Of a stretch of 64,000 nucleotides of DNA, positions 29,417 to 39,999 are shown piece after piece. The stretch's first letter is position 1; the number at the start of each line of letters is the position of its first letter. The stretch is from a virus. The notes below the pieces were generated by a model. It did no database searches, was not told where the DNA came from, and saw nothing but the letters and a program-made list of their open reading frames with translations. A program made the position numbers and the translations under genes. Location: the IMG/VR virus record IMGVR_UViG_3300045911_000143, positions 14,355-78,354 of that record. One strand, given 5' to 3'.

Positions 29417-29896
29417 CTATGGATTGATTGTGCTGTCAATCATGATTTGTTCATTTGTCGTTTGGGGTGAGGCCGGAGTGAATGAAAAAATACATGATGA
29501 CTGACCGAATTGGTCAAGTTCCTCGAAACTATCAATCAATTCTGCACTTAATTTAATTAATCCAGTGACAACGGCTACACCGTTTTCATTACGTACCACT
29601 TCTTTACGGTGGGCGTAACCAGAAATCTCATATGGTGGCAGACACCATCCCAAAGGCCCTACGAATTCTTCTGGGCATTGATCCGTTAAAAGAACGTACC
29701 GGAAGGGATTTAAAAATTCTGTGAAGATTCCTCCGGGTGTTACCCCTTCTTTCTCTGAACAAAATCTTCTGCCTCTATAGACGTTTGTGTCATAGCACAC
29801 AATGTCTGTGAAAACTTGAGGTTCAGATTCAATTACTGTGCAGATCGGATAACCCGCTGAAATAATTGATGATATTAGTAGAACATTTGTCAACAT
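29417..29896 (-). CDS. exported Cys-containing protein
   Basis: Signal-like N-terminus, GYPICT, LIDSFE motif. Confidence 0.55.
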   Translation of the reverse strand: MLTNVLLISSIISAGYPICTVIESEPQVFTDIVCYDTNVYRGRRFCSEKEGVTPGGIFTEFLNPFRYVLLTDQCPEEFVGPLGWCLPPYEISGYAHRKEVVRNENGVAVVTGLIKLSAELIDSFEELDQFGQSSCIFSFTPASPQTTNEQIMIDSTINP

Positions 29897-29964
29897 TTTT
29901 CAATTCCAATAGGAAATCAATCCAAAAAGGATTGATTCCATGATACTATGGAATTTGTAAAATG

Positions 29965-30249
29965 TCAATCAAGATTTGCTTCTACAAGAATCGTAATCTG
30001 TGATTCATGACCTTCATGGTCGATCAAGAACATTGACGATCCAGACACTTCAATTTCTTGGTTTTCCCCTTCCATGAACTTGGTACTGTATTCACAACCA
30101 TCTGCACTATACCAAGTGACATACATGAATTCATTTTCATCCTTGCCGGTAAGAATGCCCAGCGATGGAAACGTCACTACACCATCCAAAACGATTCCGG
30201 CAGCGTTTTGGATAATCTTAAGAGCCTCGGGAAGTGTGATCTTTTTCAT
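29965..30249 (-). CDS. hypothetical protein
   Basis: ORF track. Confidence 0.55.
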   Translation of the reverse strand: MKKITLPEALKIIQNAAGIVLDGVVTFPSLGILTGKDENEFMYVTWYSADGCEYSTKFMEGENQEIEVSGSSMFLIDHEGHESQITILVEANLD

Positions 30250-30637
30250 AGTATGACTTACCTGCTGTATGACTTACGTGCTGGAAAACTTGCGGGTGAA
30301 CCACATCCCCGCTACCCGGTGGTATTGCCACAAATATTTCCTATCTACATCATCGGTGGGTTGTGGCACCCGGTTTGTTTAATGATTTTTGCTATGCTTC
30401 CATTATAGCATGTTTTTCAAGATTGTCAAACTGGCTCGCCTTCATCATCCACGGTCAGGCGTGTAATATGCCTCAAATCTTCCACACTTACATATTCATA
30501 TGTATTCATGTCGAGCAATGCTTGCCAATCCCATCGAGATGGATCGTCATTCTCAGATGAAGTCTGAATCTTAAGTGTGATTACATATTGATCTACACTA
30601 AACTGACGACTCATACTATTTTCTCAGTGAGGTTGGA

Positions 30638-30713
30638 TGGTGGAACCGGTGGGACTCGAACCCACAACCAATAGATTAAAAGTCTACTGCGCTACCAATT
30701 GCGCCACGGTTCC
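30638..30713 (-). tRNA. tRNA-Lys(UUU)
   Basis: Canonical cloverleaf, CTTTTAA loop, CCA. Confidence 0.95.
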
Positions 30714-30861
30714 AATATACTTACATTATACTTTGTTTTTCGACTTTGTCAACCCATCTTGCTTCAACAAACCCGAAAGGATAATTCTGGCTCGGATGAT
30801 AGCATTGAATTCAGCCGTTGACAACGGCTTTCCGCTACCTTTTACAATGATGCGAGAAAGA

Positions 30862-31086
30862 TCAGTGATTGCCTGCTGAACCTGTTCCTTGTTGATTACT
30901 TTCACGCAGATTCTCCAAGTAGGTTAGTCTTTCTCTCGCAGCATCAGCCAATCGTTGGACATGCTCAATTTGAGCCCTGAAATACTCTAGGCGGCTATTA
31001 TACCATCCCACCCCTTGTCGTGTCAAGGAAATTGCCCATTCGATTTCCTCATTGGTTTGAGGATTGTTGAGATTGAGCATGTTCAT
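30862..31086 (-). CDS. hypothetical coiled-coil protein
   Basis: ORF track. Confidence 0.5.
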   Translation of the reverse strand: MNMLNLNNPQTNEEIEWAISLTRQGVGWYNSRLEYFRAQIEHVQRLADAARERLTYLENLRESNQQGTGSAGNH

Positions 31087-31511
31087 GGCTTCACTTATTC
31101 TTGAGAAATTCCATTAATATCAGCGGCCAAAAAAGACCGACTACAATGTATTCAATTATACTCCATTCTTTGTGTTCGTCAACCAAGTTAGAATTCAGCA
31201 TCAGGGTTAAGGCCATAGCAACGGCAGCAGTCAGATAGAAGTCCCAGAAATTCATTCCGGCTCCACATCAATGACTACATCCTTCAACGATGCACCGGTG
31301 ATGTTGGCAAACGCTTGACGCAGTACCGCAATGGAATACTCACGGTGCTCGTCATCAATAAACTCAAGATGCTGAATTTCGTAGCGTTCATTTGGGAGAC
31401 CAACCGAAGGATCGTTACGGACCAGAATGTTAACGGTGTGCATGGTGTTCTCCAACCGATGAAATCATTATATTTCAACATGGGAGGCTTGTCAATAGCC
31501 TCCCATGTTTT

Positions 31512-31838
31512 TCAAGAACAAGACTTGATAACGTTGATAACATCCTGAACGCGGGTCGAAACTTTCGTCAAAATGTCACGCTCACGCTCACTACGCTGAA
31601 TCCCACATTCATCAAAAATCTTCCGAATGCTGCGAGCAGCGTTACGGGCAGCATCGCGGGTTTTCATCCCGCCGATTCGCTTTCCACTGTTAGGGTCGGT
31701 TACGGCCCAACCAGTGAGATTTTTCACCGCACCGGACGGTACTACTTGCACGTTACGATGGATATAAAAACCAGCAACAGTTTCACCGTTGACCGGCTTG
31801 AACCCGTAATCATTGAAGTAAACCTTAACATTACGCAT
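31512..31838 (-). CDS. hypothetical protein
   Basis: GGAG RBS, own promoter. Confidence 0.6.
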   Translation of the reverse strand: MRNVKVYFNDYGFKPVNGETVAGFYIHRNVQVVPSGAVKNLTGWAVTDPNSGKRIGGMKTRDAARNAARSIRKIFDECGIQRSERERDILTKVSTRVQDVINVIKSCS

Positions 31839-31978
31839 TTAATTTCTCCGGTGCGTTAGAATGGGAGCATTGTAATATGCTCCCATCCTTCAGTCAAGTG
31901 TTAGGTGGCTGTTAAACTTCCAGTATCGTAAGGACAGGGAAAATTATAAACCCTGAACTCAGGCAATACCGGAAACCG

Positions 31979-32596
31979 TCAAACTCGCGGAATCACGCCC
32001 GCCTGCCGTGCGTTGCACAGATAAACGTGGGCACTCGACTTCTTAATACCAGCGGCTTCCAGCGCAGAGATAACCGTCTTGGTATCATACTTGTCGAGGC
32101 TTCGCATGATCTTAACGGCGCGGTCATATGCGGTTTCGGCCAGTTTGGGACGACCACGGCCACGCTTGGCTTGGATCACTTCGGGGACGGCCACGATAGG
32201 TGCAGCATCTACAGCGGGCGTTGGGGCCTCCACCGTGGTTTCCGGGGCATCATCGACCGTCACCGTCACTTCCGGCTCAGGCGCGACTTCCACGACCACA
32301 GGGGCGGAATAGACAACCGGCACGAGGTCAGCCGGGACTTCCTTCACGACGGCGGCAGAAAGAGCCTTAACCCGGCTCGAAACATATGCCTTAACCCTGT
32401 TTAGGTCATTCTCACCCTTGAGGACGGCATTGCAGATATACTTGGCGATCAGATTTGGGTTGTCGCCACCATGAATGTCAAACAGGGACGTAAACAGGGA
32501 CGCATCTTCACTCGGCATGGCATCCACGAAAGCCGTGGCATCCACGACCGAGGTCAGGGGGATATCAAACTTTTCCAGATACGATGTCAGGTTCAT
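31979..32596 (-). CDS. AT-hook DNA-binding protein with Pro/Ala/Val linker
   Basis: VIQAKRGRGRPKLAETAYDRAV identical to the 23613 gene; AAGGA RBS. Confidence 0.7.
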   Translation of the reverse strand: MNLTSYLEKFDIPLTSVVDATAFVDAMPSEDASLFTSLFDIHGGDNPNLIAKYICNAVLKGENDLNRVKAYVSSRVKALSAAVVKEVPADLVPVVYSAPVVVEVAPEPEVTVTVDDAPETTVEAPTPAVDAAPIVAVPEVIQAKRGRGRPKLAETAYDRAVKIMRSLDKYDTKTVISALEAAGIKKSSAHVYLCNARQAGVIPRV

Positions 32597-32820
32597 TTGC
32601 TTTCCTTTGTTAGTGCCGGGACCATCCCCGACCATGTGAAGCATTATACACCGTTTCAGTTGAATTGCAATATCCCGATGTGTTGTATTTTTACCACAAC
32701 TCTTGTTGTATTTTTACCACATCGCTTGACAATCTTTACATTACATGTTAAAATAGGTTGGTGGTTGAGATGATAACAAATAACCCCAAGCCCATTGTGG
32801 CGGGCTTGGGGCGGAAGCCC

Positions 32821-33585
32821 TTAGAAATCAAGGGCTTCGAGCAGCAACGTGGCTTGAGGAGAGGCAGCAATATCATCCGGGGTGATATTCTCCCGATTGA
32901 TTGTAATACTTTCAAAGTTATCAGCCTTGAGGCTGAAAGTCTTGATCCCCACACTACGCTTGTTTAAGCAGCGTTCAATACAATTCTTCATGCGGACACT
33001 CGCACCAGAATTGACCACCTTCCGCTCACCCTCTACAACTGTCGTCGATGAAAGTTCCAGATAAAAGAGCATGATGGTTTCCGCTACCGGCAAACCATTG
33101 AATAGAACAGGCTCCATGATGCCATTTTCCTTTCGGCAGTCAAGGTTGACCTTAACACCATCAGCCACCGTGACATAACAACGATCATGCCCTTTCCGGT
33201 ATCCATCGCTACGGTCGCCGTCATTGGTCTTAATCAGGGACTCCAATTCCTGAGCCTTACGACCAGCGAACAGGGTCTTGAGAGTAGTATGGTCCATCAC
33301 GGACAAAACCGGATCATTCTTGACGTACTCTGCCACATCGTCGAACGCGATGGCTTCCAGTGCCTTGATCTTGCGATCATACAAATTCCGAATGGAAAAC
33401 CGGGTGATGAAATTGATATTCTTGGACGGGGGCTTAGTGTATCCAGTGGAAGGCTTGTAACCGTGAATGGTTCCAATGCCGCCCTTCTGAATGGTAATGA
33501 GACGATCCAGCGTTTCGGCCTGAGCCGGGGTGCAAAGGAAAGGGCGGCTACCCTTGGTATATGTGACCAGCGATTCAGTATTCAT
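32821..33585 (-). CDS. hypothetical protein
   Basis: GAGGA RBS, 254 aa. Confidence 0.7.
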   Translation of the reverse strand: MNTESLVTYTKGSRPFLCTPAQAETLDRLITIQKGGIGTIHGYKPSTGYTKPPSKNINFITRFSIRNLYDRKIKALEAIAFDDVAEYVKNDPVLSVMDHTTLKTLFAGRKAQELESLIKTNDGDRSDGYRKGHDRCYVTVADGVKVNLDCRKENGIMEPVLFNGLPVAETIMLFYLELSSTTVVEGERKVVNSGASVRMKNCIERCLNKRSVGIKTFSLKADNFESITINRENITPDDIAASPQATLLLEALDF

Positions 33586-33633
33586 AGCAGTGTTATCCTC
33601 TCTGCGAGCGTGAGAACAGTATAGCAGGATTTT

Positions 33634-34143
33634 TCAATCTGTCAATGTACGACGAAAAACATCTTCAATATATGCTCGCATAGTGGGGATTTGTGCTCGG
33701 TTGAATTCAGAATTCCAATTATCTTCTGTTTCCACAATAGCCTCAAGCGCCTCTAGCGAAAGTTCACCGTCAAGCAGATAGTAGGCATATTCATAATTAT
33801 ACCCATCTACACGATCAACGGGACCATCAACGGCGTCCCAAAAGAATCCGTCAAACTCCAATCGAATATGATTGAAGTAAACATTATTAGCGTTCCATAG
33901 GTCAGCGTCATTTGGGACGCAACCCTCTTGTGCAATCAAGGTTTTTTCTACTTCTGAAACATCAACAGGGTCATCGTGGGACCACACACGAATTTTATAA
34001 TTAAACACCCCATATCGTTCCAGAATCTTTGCTAATTCAAGAGCAAAGATGCCGCAACCACCTCGATTAATACGGTGAACGCAGTCGCAGATATGACCAC
34101 AAATCTTATCCAAAGCGTTGCAGATGGATTCGTTAGTGTGCAT
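33634..34143 (-). CDS. transglutaminase/papain-like Cys-His-Asp protein
   Basis: INRGGCGIFA...NH...WDA; ATG 7 nt after TATACT. Confidence 0.5.
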   Translation of the reverse strand: MHTNESICNALDKICGHICDCVHRINRGGCGIFALELAKILERYGVFNYKIRVWSHDDPVDVSEVEKTLIAQEGCVPNDADLWNANNVYFNHIRLEFDGFFWDAVDGPVDRVDGYNYEYAYYLLDGELSLEALEAIVETEDNWNSEFNRAQIPTMRAYIEDVFRRTLTD

Positions 34144-34225
34144 GACAAGTAGTATAACACAATTAAATAACTTGTCAATCATTTCAAGTGTTGTATTTTT
34201 ACCACAACAAATCTATGTATTACTA

Positions 34226-34350
34226 TCCTCCCTCCACCATCCTATTTTAGCACAAGCATCCTGAACAGAAGCTGAATATTCAGGAAATTATTTGCTTGAC
34301 ACATACAAATTATTATTGTATACTAATCCTGCCGGGGCGTTCATGTTTGT
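34226..34350. repeat. ~120-bp repeat with divergent promoters (second copy 41283-41405)
   Basis: ccctccaccatcctattttagcacaagca...gctgaatattcaggaaattatttgcttgacac...tatact. Confidence 0.9.
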
Positions 34351-34855
34351 AAAAGGATGAGCACCTGTGGAACCGCCTTCGCATTTATAATAATAAATTA
34401 CACAGATCGATTTTACATAGAAAGATTGGTAGACTCGCCATCTGTGGGTTATGATGGTGGACACATAAAAAACATTTACAGATAGATAAAGATTGGCTTC
34501 TAGTTGTAAATTCACAAGAATATTATTTTGAAGAGTGTAGCCGATTTGTTATCTTATAATCCTACACCGTCTTTCACTCTTTCTAATAATCAATCTTAGT
34601 ACCTATCAATTGTATGATTGTAATAATTCTAAATGACAGGTTTCAACAATTCATTTAATGATGCAAAGACAGTGGTCTCTGATACGTAAATTAGATTGAT
34701 TTCAGTGAAATTATTAGTTTTCTGATATAAGTATTATCTTTTAAAGATAGAATTTGAAATATACCAGCCACATTTAAATAACATGTGGTGGGTAATACCC
34801 ACTAAATCCTAACGCATACGTTAGTAGTGTCCAGTATACTTTAGCTGTGGGTTTA

Positions 34856-35077
34856 TCAACTACGAGCAAAGATATACCACATGATGTACGCAAAACTTGC
34901 ACTAGCAATAATAATCAAATTTAAGACTTTGGAAAACTCGACATTTTCTGTTTTACCATTAATGATTAGAATAACCTTGCAAATGTCATAAATTTTTGCA
35001 TTAATAAATGCAACTGTATTGACGAAAAACAGATAACTAGCAAAAACGAACAGACCAACCAAGATTGGATCGAGCAT
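34856..35077 (-). CDS. small membrane protein
   Basis: Two hydrophobic segments; GGAG RBS. Confidence 0.55.
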   Translation of the reverse strand: MLDPILVGLFVFASYLFFVNTVAFINAKIYDICKVILIINGKTENVEFSKVLNLIIIASASFAYIMWYIFARS

Positions 35078-35079
35078 TT

Positions 35080-35448
35080 TTATCTCCAGTGTCGTGATAA
35101 AATGTTGATGTTCTGACTATATTCCTGATTGGAATAGTATTGCCAGTGTTCTGCATTGTTGTTATGGATCGCTGCGAGGAAAAGAGCGACTGCCGGTTCA
35201 GACTTGGCGGCCACACTAAAGTGTCCAACCGGGTTAATATCATACTGATATACAGTCACAGGGCCTTCTTCAGTTTCCAGAACCCAGTGCTCTCCAACCT
35301 TACCATCTGCCGATGGTTTTGCGTTCGGCGGCCCTAGCATGTTCAGCAGGGTGTTATTATTGGTCATCAGCACTCCAAGACGGAATGAACCTTCCGTTTT
35401 TTGTGTAGGAGTGCTTGGGACGACACAATAATTAGAAAGGATTTTCAT
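35080..35448 (-). CDS. hypothetical protein (LG.P....DGKV..HW family)
   Basis: Common phage motif. Confidence 0.55.
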   Translation of the reverse strand: MKILSNYCVVPSTPTQKTEGSFRLGVLMTNNNTLLNMLGPPNAKPSADGKVGEHWVLETEEGPVTVYQYDINPVGHFSVAAKSEPAVALFLAAIHNNNAEHWQYYSNQEYSQNINILSRHWR

Positions 35449-35839
35449 GGCTATTCTAGATATAAGTGTTATTCAACATCTTCATACTTGGAATTCCAAA
35501 TTGCAGCAATTGCTGATACAAGGATGATAAGTCCTACAGCAATCGCACCGGTCACAAGCATCTGCATCATTTATGAATTCTCTTGGTAATTTGTCTACAA
35601 TTTGTCAGCATTATATCATTAATGGGGAGGGGTGTCAAGACAATCTAGTGACTTTCAAAGTCACCGGGTCAACATCGAGAATGACAGGCTTATGGTGAGA
35701 TTCCTTAATCTCGAATACCGTTGCAGTAGACGTAGGATCGCGCTGAATCGAAAATGCTTCCAGAACAGCATCTTCCGGTGTTTCAGCATCAATGTTTATA
35801 GCCCAAGTGACAGTAAATTCTCTCATTTTATTCCTACCT

Positions 35840-36169
35840 TTAAGGAAGTGTGATAGTTGCAATAAACTCACGACCCATTTGTTGATAAATTTCCCAAGCC
35901 CGAACGATTTCTTGCACGGTGGGGAAACGATTTTCTTTCTTCTCGTTGCACTTTCTACATGCTAGCACAATGTTTCCGGTCTTGCCATATCCTTTAGAAC
36001 GCGGGAATAGATGGTCTACAGTGTAGCCTTTCTTACGAGAATCATTGTAAGTAATATACTCCATAAAACTATCGCAATAAAAACAGCGGCAGTTCTGATG
36101 GGAGTAAAGCAACGAGACAGGAACATGACGAGGCCGTAGAGCCTTAATTTCCACGATTGCCGGTTGCAT
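35840..36169 (-). CDS. HNH endonuclease
   Basis: CFYC, TVDHL.PRS.G, N.V.AC..CN..K. Confidence 0.85.
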   Translation of the reverse strand: MQPAIVEIKALRPRHVPVSLLYSHQNCRCFYCDSFMEYITYNDSRKKGYTVDHLFPRSKGYGKTGNIVLACRKCNEKKENRFPTVQEIVRAWEIYQQMGREFIATITLP

Positions 36170-36741
36170 GACACGGAGATTGGTTATTTGTAAAGTTGAT
36201 TGTGGATTAGCGAACTACACTCAGGACTACAGTATACTTGACTTCCATCTTCTTTCCAATACCTTGAGATTGGATAATTTACACCATCATTGATGCCTAG
36301 CCCGGTCGGTGCAGACTCAACTAGAACAAGTGTACCACAAACATGACACTTATAGTGAAATGTTCTCGGTACAGGCTTTACCAACCATTTATAGTTCAGG
36401 TTCACCATCTTCATCAAGATTAGGTGTAGTTTTAGACGGGATATAAACCCACTTAATTATTAGTGGAATTTCGTACCCTAGTTCTTCGGCTCGTTCAAGC
36501 ATTTTATTTCTCGCAATAAAAATCACCAATATTTAGATCATTCCATATTTCTTTTTCAACATGATAATATTTTTCACGTATTCTAACCTGATACGTACTA
36601 TCACCGTCAAATTCACCGTGATACTTTTTTTGTATCATACCACACGGAAGATCAGATTGGAATGCTTCGTTTATTAAAGCCCCTAAAATAAGACAGATAG
36701 CCATAACTCCTATGGCTATCTGTCCACTCGTTTTGCTATTT

Positions 36742-37737
36742 TTATCCATTCAATGCAGCATCCTGAACCGCTTTGATGAAGTATGCACGGGCTTTGGTGG
36801 AAACGTAACTATTAACCTGCTTCCATTCATAACCATTGGCTGCAATCTCTTCCGTACATTCTTTCAAAATGTCCTTATGAATCCATTTAATATACTCACC
36901 AGTGAATTTGGAATTCACTTCCATCCCATTTTCCTTCAGGTAAGAGATGCCCTGCTCCAGCCTCCATTCAGGCAAGATGTTATCAACCAGATTATTGATA
37001 CCCTCAACAATGGTTGGGTCAACGGTAATTTTCTTACCTTCCTTATTCGGTTTCTTATGCTTCAGCCCCTTTGTCTTGAACCAAAGTGAGGTATCTTGGG
37101 CCAGTGTATTGATGACTGGCATCCAGACAATTCCCTCACCAGTGCCAACCACACCATGCAACTTACCCCAAGGACATTCCGTTTCGACCATATTGGTCAG
37201 TTTTTCAATGTCATTGAGAACATCGGTGTTGTCAGCATTTTCCGAAAAATCAAGCGTAATACCAAAAATTGGAGCCTCCGCCACCCAACGGAACGGCGAA
37301 TTATCATACGCTCCCGGAAAGAAAAACTTTCCGTCAAAATGAATCATAAAACAAACGAAATGCTTTTCCAATTCAGAAACAGCAACTCCCTTCTGGATTC
37401 CCTTACCAATCCATTCACCATAGAATCGCACGACACCGTTGTTAAAATACTTCTTAGCAAATTCAAGAATGGCCTGACTATTGGCAGCAACCCAAAAGGC
37501 AAACCCGTAATTATCAGATTCGACGGTAAGCGGACGCTCACGAGAGAACGCTTCAACTTCACCCGTTTCAGTATTCACGGCAATAGAGCCGTTGGTACCA
37601 TGCAACTTGACCGAGCCAATATAATCTACAGTCCTGATAAACTTCTCAGGCTGATTGTTACCAAGGCACCAGTTATTGTGCTTGTGAACATGCTTGAAAA
37701 CGTGATGAATAGAATCAATCGAAGGGAACTTCAACAT
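36742..37737 (-). CDS. RNA ligase 2 family protein
   Basis: KLHGTN, YGEW.G.GIQ, GEG.V, KTK. Confidence 0.8.
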   Translation of the reverse strand: MLKFPSIDSIHHVFKHVHKHNNWCLGNNQPEKFIRTVDYIGSVKLHGTNGSIAVNTETGEVEAFSRERPLTVESDNYGFAFWVAANSQAILEFAKKYFNNGVVRFYGEWIGKGIQKGVAVSELEKHFVCFMIHFDGKFFFPGAYDNSPFRWVAEAPIFGITLDFSENADNTDVLNDIEKLTNMVETECPWGKLHGVVGTGEGIVWMPVINTLAQDTSLWFKTKGLKHKKPNKEGKKITVDPTIVEGINNLVDNILPEWRLEQGISYLKENGMEVNSKFTGEYIKWIHKDILKECTEEIAANGYEWKQVNSYVSTKARAYFIKAVQDAALNG

Positions 37738-38477
37738 GTTAATTCTCCAACGCGAGAGGAAGAATTATACAGCAATGGTTATTGGACTGTCAACTCGTTT
37801 GAGGACAATTCCAGTGTGTGGGCTTCCATTCTTCTTGACCCAGATGTTTCTGTCTATCTTCCAGACACCCCATTTGCTATGAATCATAGCATAATAAATT
37901 CCTTGACCACCGTAATCAGCAAATTCAATGCTACCCGAGTACCAATAATCTCCGAATTGGTCTTTGAAAATTGTACCACTCTTTGGATACGTAACCTTCG
38001 TTAGAAAACGTCTAATCAAAGTTTCCATTAAAATCTTGAACTTTCTGCATTGCAATGAAGTTATCATACTTGCTAATCTTTTCCATTTCAATATCGACTA
38101 GCTTGCTAATATGATTAGCAGCTTCTGTTAGCCCACGTTCCTCAAACTCAAAGGCTTTGTTCATCAGACTGTTTACTTTCCGAAACTTCCGAGAGGAAAG
38201 GCAGTGTAGCGTTTCCAGCATGTTGATAACATTGCTCATTTGATTCAGCCCTCGAAAATGGTTTAAAATCAACAACTTGAATATCTTCTGCGTATGGTTT
38301 AAAGACCAATTTGTTGTTTTTTTGCAACAAAGTGCCTATGTCACCATCTTTCCAGAATTTTAAAACTGATTCATCAGCTTTTGCTATAGTACCATCTTCA
38401 AGATAGATGTAGGTATACTTTCTGTGAAGGGGTGTAAATCGTAACGCAGCCTTCATGGAAGGTAATTAACTTCCGTA

Positions 38478-38690
38478 TTAATCACCATCATAGGTATAAT
38501 CAAGGACAGCCTTAGCGGCTTCCATCCGAGCATCGACCTTGCCACGAGTGTATGCGGCTTCAAGTGCATTTTTAATAAGCGATACATGAAGTTCGTGGAA
38601 ATCCAGAGAATCTGAATTCTGAGTCTTAAGGGTACGAATGCCTAGAATTCGATTTGCGATGCCTTCGTAAATATCATTAATTTGGTTCAT
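38478..38690 (-). CDS. DUF6900-like protein
   Basis: TL.T.NSDSLDFH...V..I..ALEAAY..G. Confidence 0.6.
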   Translation of the reverse strand: MNQINDIYEGIANRILGIRTLKTQNSDSLDFHELHVSLIKNALEAAYTRGKVDARMEAAKAVLDYTYDGD

Positions 38691-38850
38691 GTTCAATTTA
38701 TCCTTTATTTTCAATATGTTACATCAAGTTTTTGACAAATTAGATTATTCCTCCAACAAGGAGGAATAAAATAACAATTATGCCTCCCTCTGTCAATAGA
38801 GGTCAAATTTGTAAATGTCGAGACTTATTTATTTACTATATAAGGTTAAT

Positions 38851-38945
38851 GTTCACTGGTGGGACTCGAACCCACATCGGAAGACTTTGTTCTCCCATGA
38901 CATAACCTAAACTAAGGTTATCGCTTACCTTTTGCTACAGTGAAC
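38851..38945 (-). ncRNA. atypical tRNA-like RNA
   Basis: 8-bp GTTCACTG/CAGTGAAC stem, canonical T arm, aberrant anticodon arm, extra arm, no CCA. Confidence 0.55.
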
Positions 38946-38957
38946 ACGTTTAAAATT

Positions 38958-39033
38958 TGGTAGGGCCACCCGGACTCGAACCGAGACTCAAGCGATTATG
39001 AGTCGCTGGCTTTAACCATTAAGCTATAGCCCT
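38958..39033 (-). tRNA. tRNA-Ile2(CAU, lysidine type; Met not excluded)
   Basis: GCGA-CTCATAA-TCGC anticodon arm as in bacterial Ile2; tilS in window. Confidence 0.8.
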
Positions 39034-39172
39034 AATATTCAGATTACACGCAAAACCCTTATTTCATTCTTACAACATCAAGCGAAAGTCATTATACCAT
39101 GTTTCTTCCGCTTGTAAATTTTTATTTATATATCCTGTATTTCAGGTAGCAGTCTGTGTCGTTATCCGTACA

Positions 39173-39292
39173 TCATAGCATAGTTTGTGGAGCAGAAATG
39201 ATGGCAGGATTATCATCATCCCGATGAAATACACCATTTTTATAGTACTCAATAGAACTATCAAGGTGTTTGAATAAATAAATGTCATTCAT
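39173..39292 (-). pseudogene. truncated HRD..PA repeat gene
   Basis: MNDIYLFKHLDSSIEYYKNGVFHRDDDNPAII then early TGA. Confidence 0.55.
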
Positions 39293-39343
39293 ATTTATTC
39301 CTTAATCTCAGCCAAGATTTTATCAATCAAATCCATTTTTTCC

Positions 39344-39997
39344 TCAGTCCATTTCAGCCTTTGTCTTTCCATAAATGATAACATACAGACGCTCAATTGC
39401 TTTGTCAATTTCAAGAGATGCGTCATAAATGTCTTTAGGCCAGTGGCTACGATATTCTTCTTTTTTCTTTTCGTTACTAACGCCATATTCCATATTCAAA
39501 CTGACCAGCCAGTAACGCAAGAAATCATAAAGTAGGATGGCCCATTCTTTGTTAATATTGTCAGGAAAGTTAAGACCCCTAGCATATTTTGTGCTAATAC
39601 CCTTAGTGACATAAGGGCCGGAAGGTGCAGAACAAACGGAGCCTGCATTAAAATCATAAGTATACTTAGAATTAACAATTTCCTCAATATTCTCAATAAC
39701 GAAATTCCATCTAATTTGTTCCCATTTAGATTGAAGTCTACGACTTGTATTGAAGGCTTCCATACTAGGATTTTCAGGGAATTCATTTTTGAATTCCATA
39801 GGTTCGTGAATTTCGCTTTCAAACTCACTGTGATGCTTCAGTTTACCATCCTCTTCATCCCATTTCATCCCATTGCCACTAACGGCAAACCAATGAAACA
39901 AAACATAGTTCGGAGATGGGAAAATTTCGTGACAAGTTAGCAGAGCATGACGCATCATGCTCTTAATGTCACCGTTGGTAAACGTAATGTTAGTCAC
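39344..39997 (-). CDS. hypothetical protein
   Basis: 217 aa ORF after rnlA. Confidence 0.65.
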   Translation of the reverse strand: MTNITFTNGDIKSMMRHALLTCHEIFPSPNYVLFHWFAVSGNGMKWDEEDGKLKHHSEFESEIHEPMEFKNEFPENPSMEAFNTSRRLQSKWEQIRWNFVIENIEEIVNSKYTYDFNAGSVCSAPSGPYVTKGISTKYARGLNFPDNINKEWAILLYDFLRYWLVSLNMEYGVSNEKKKEEYRSHWPKDIYDASLEIDKAIERLYVIIYGKTKAEMD

Positions 39998-39999
39998 TG

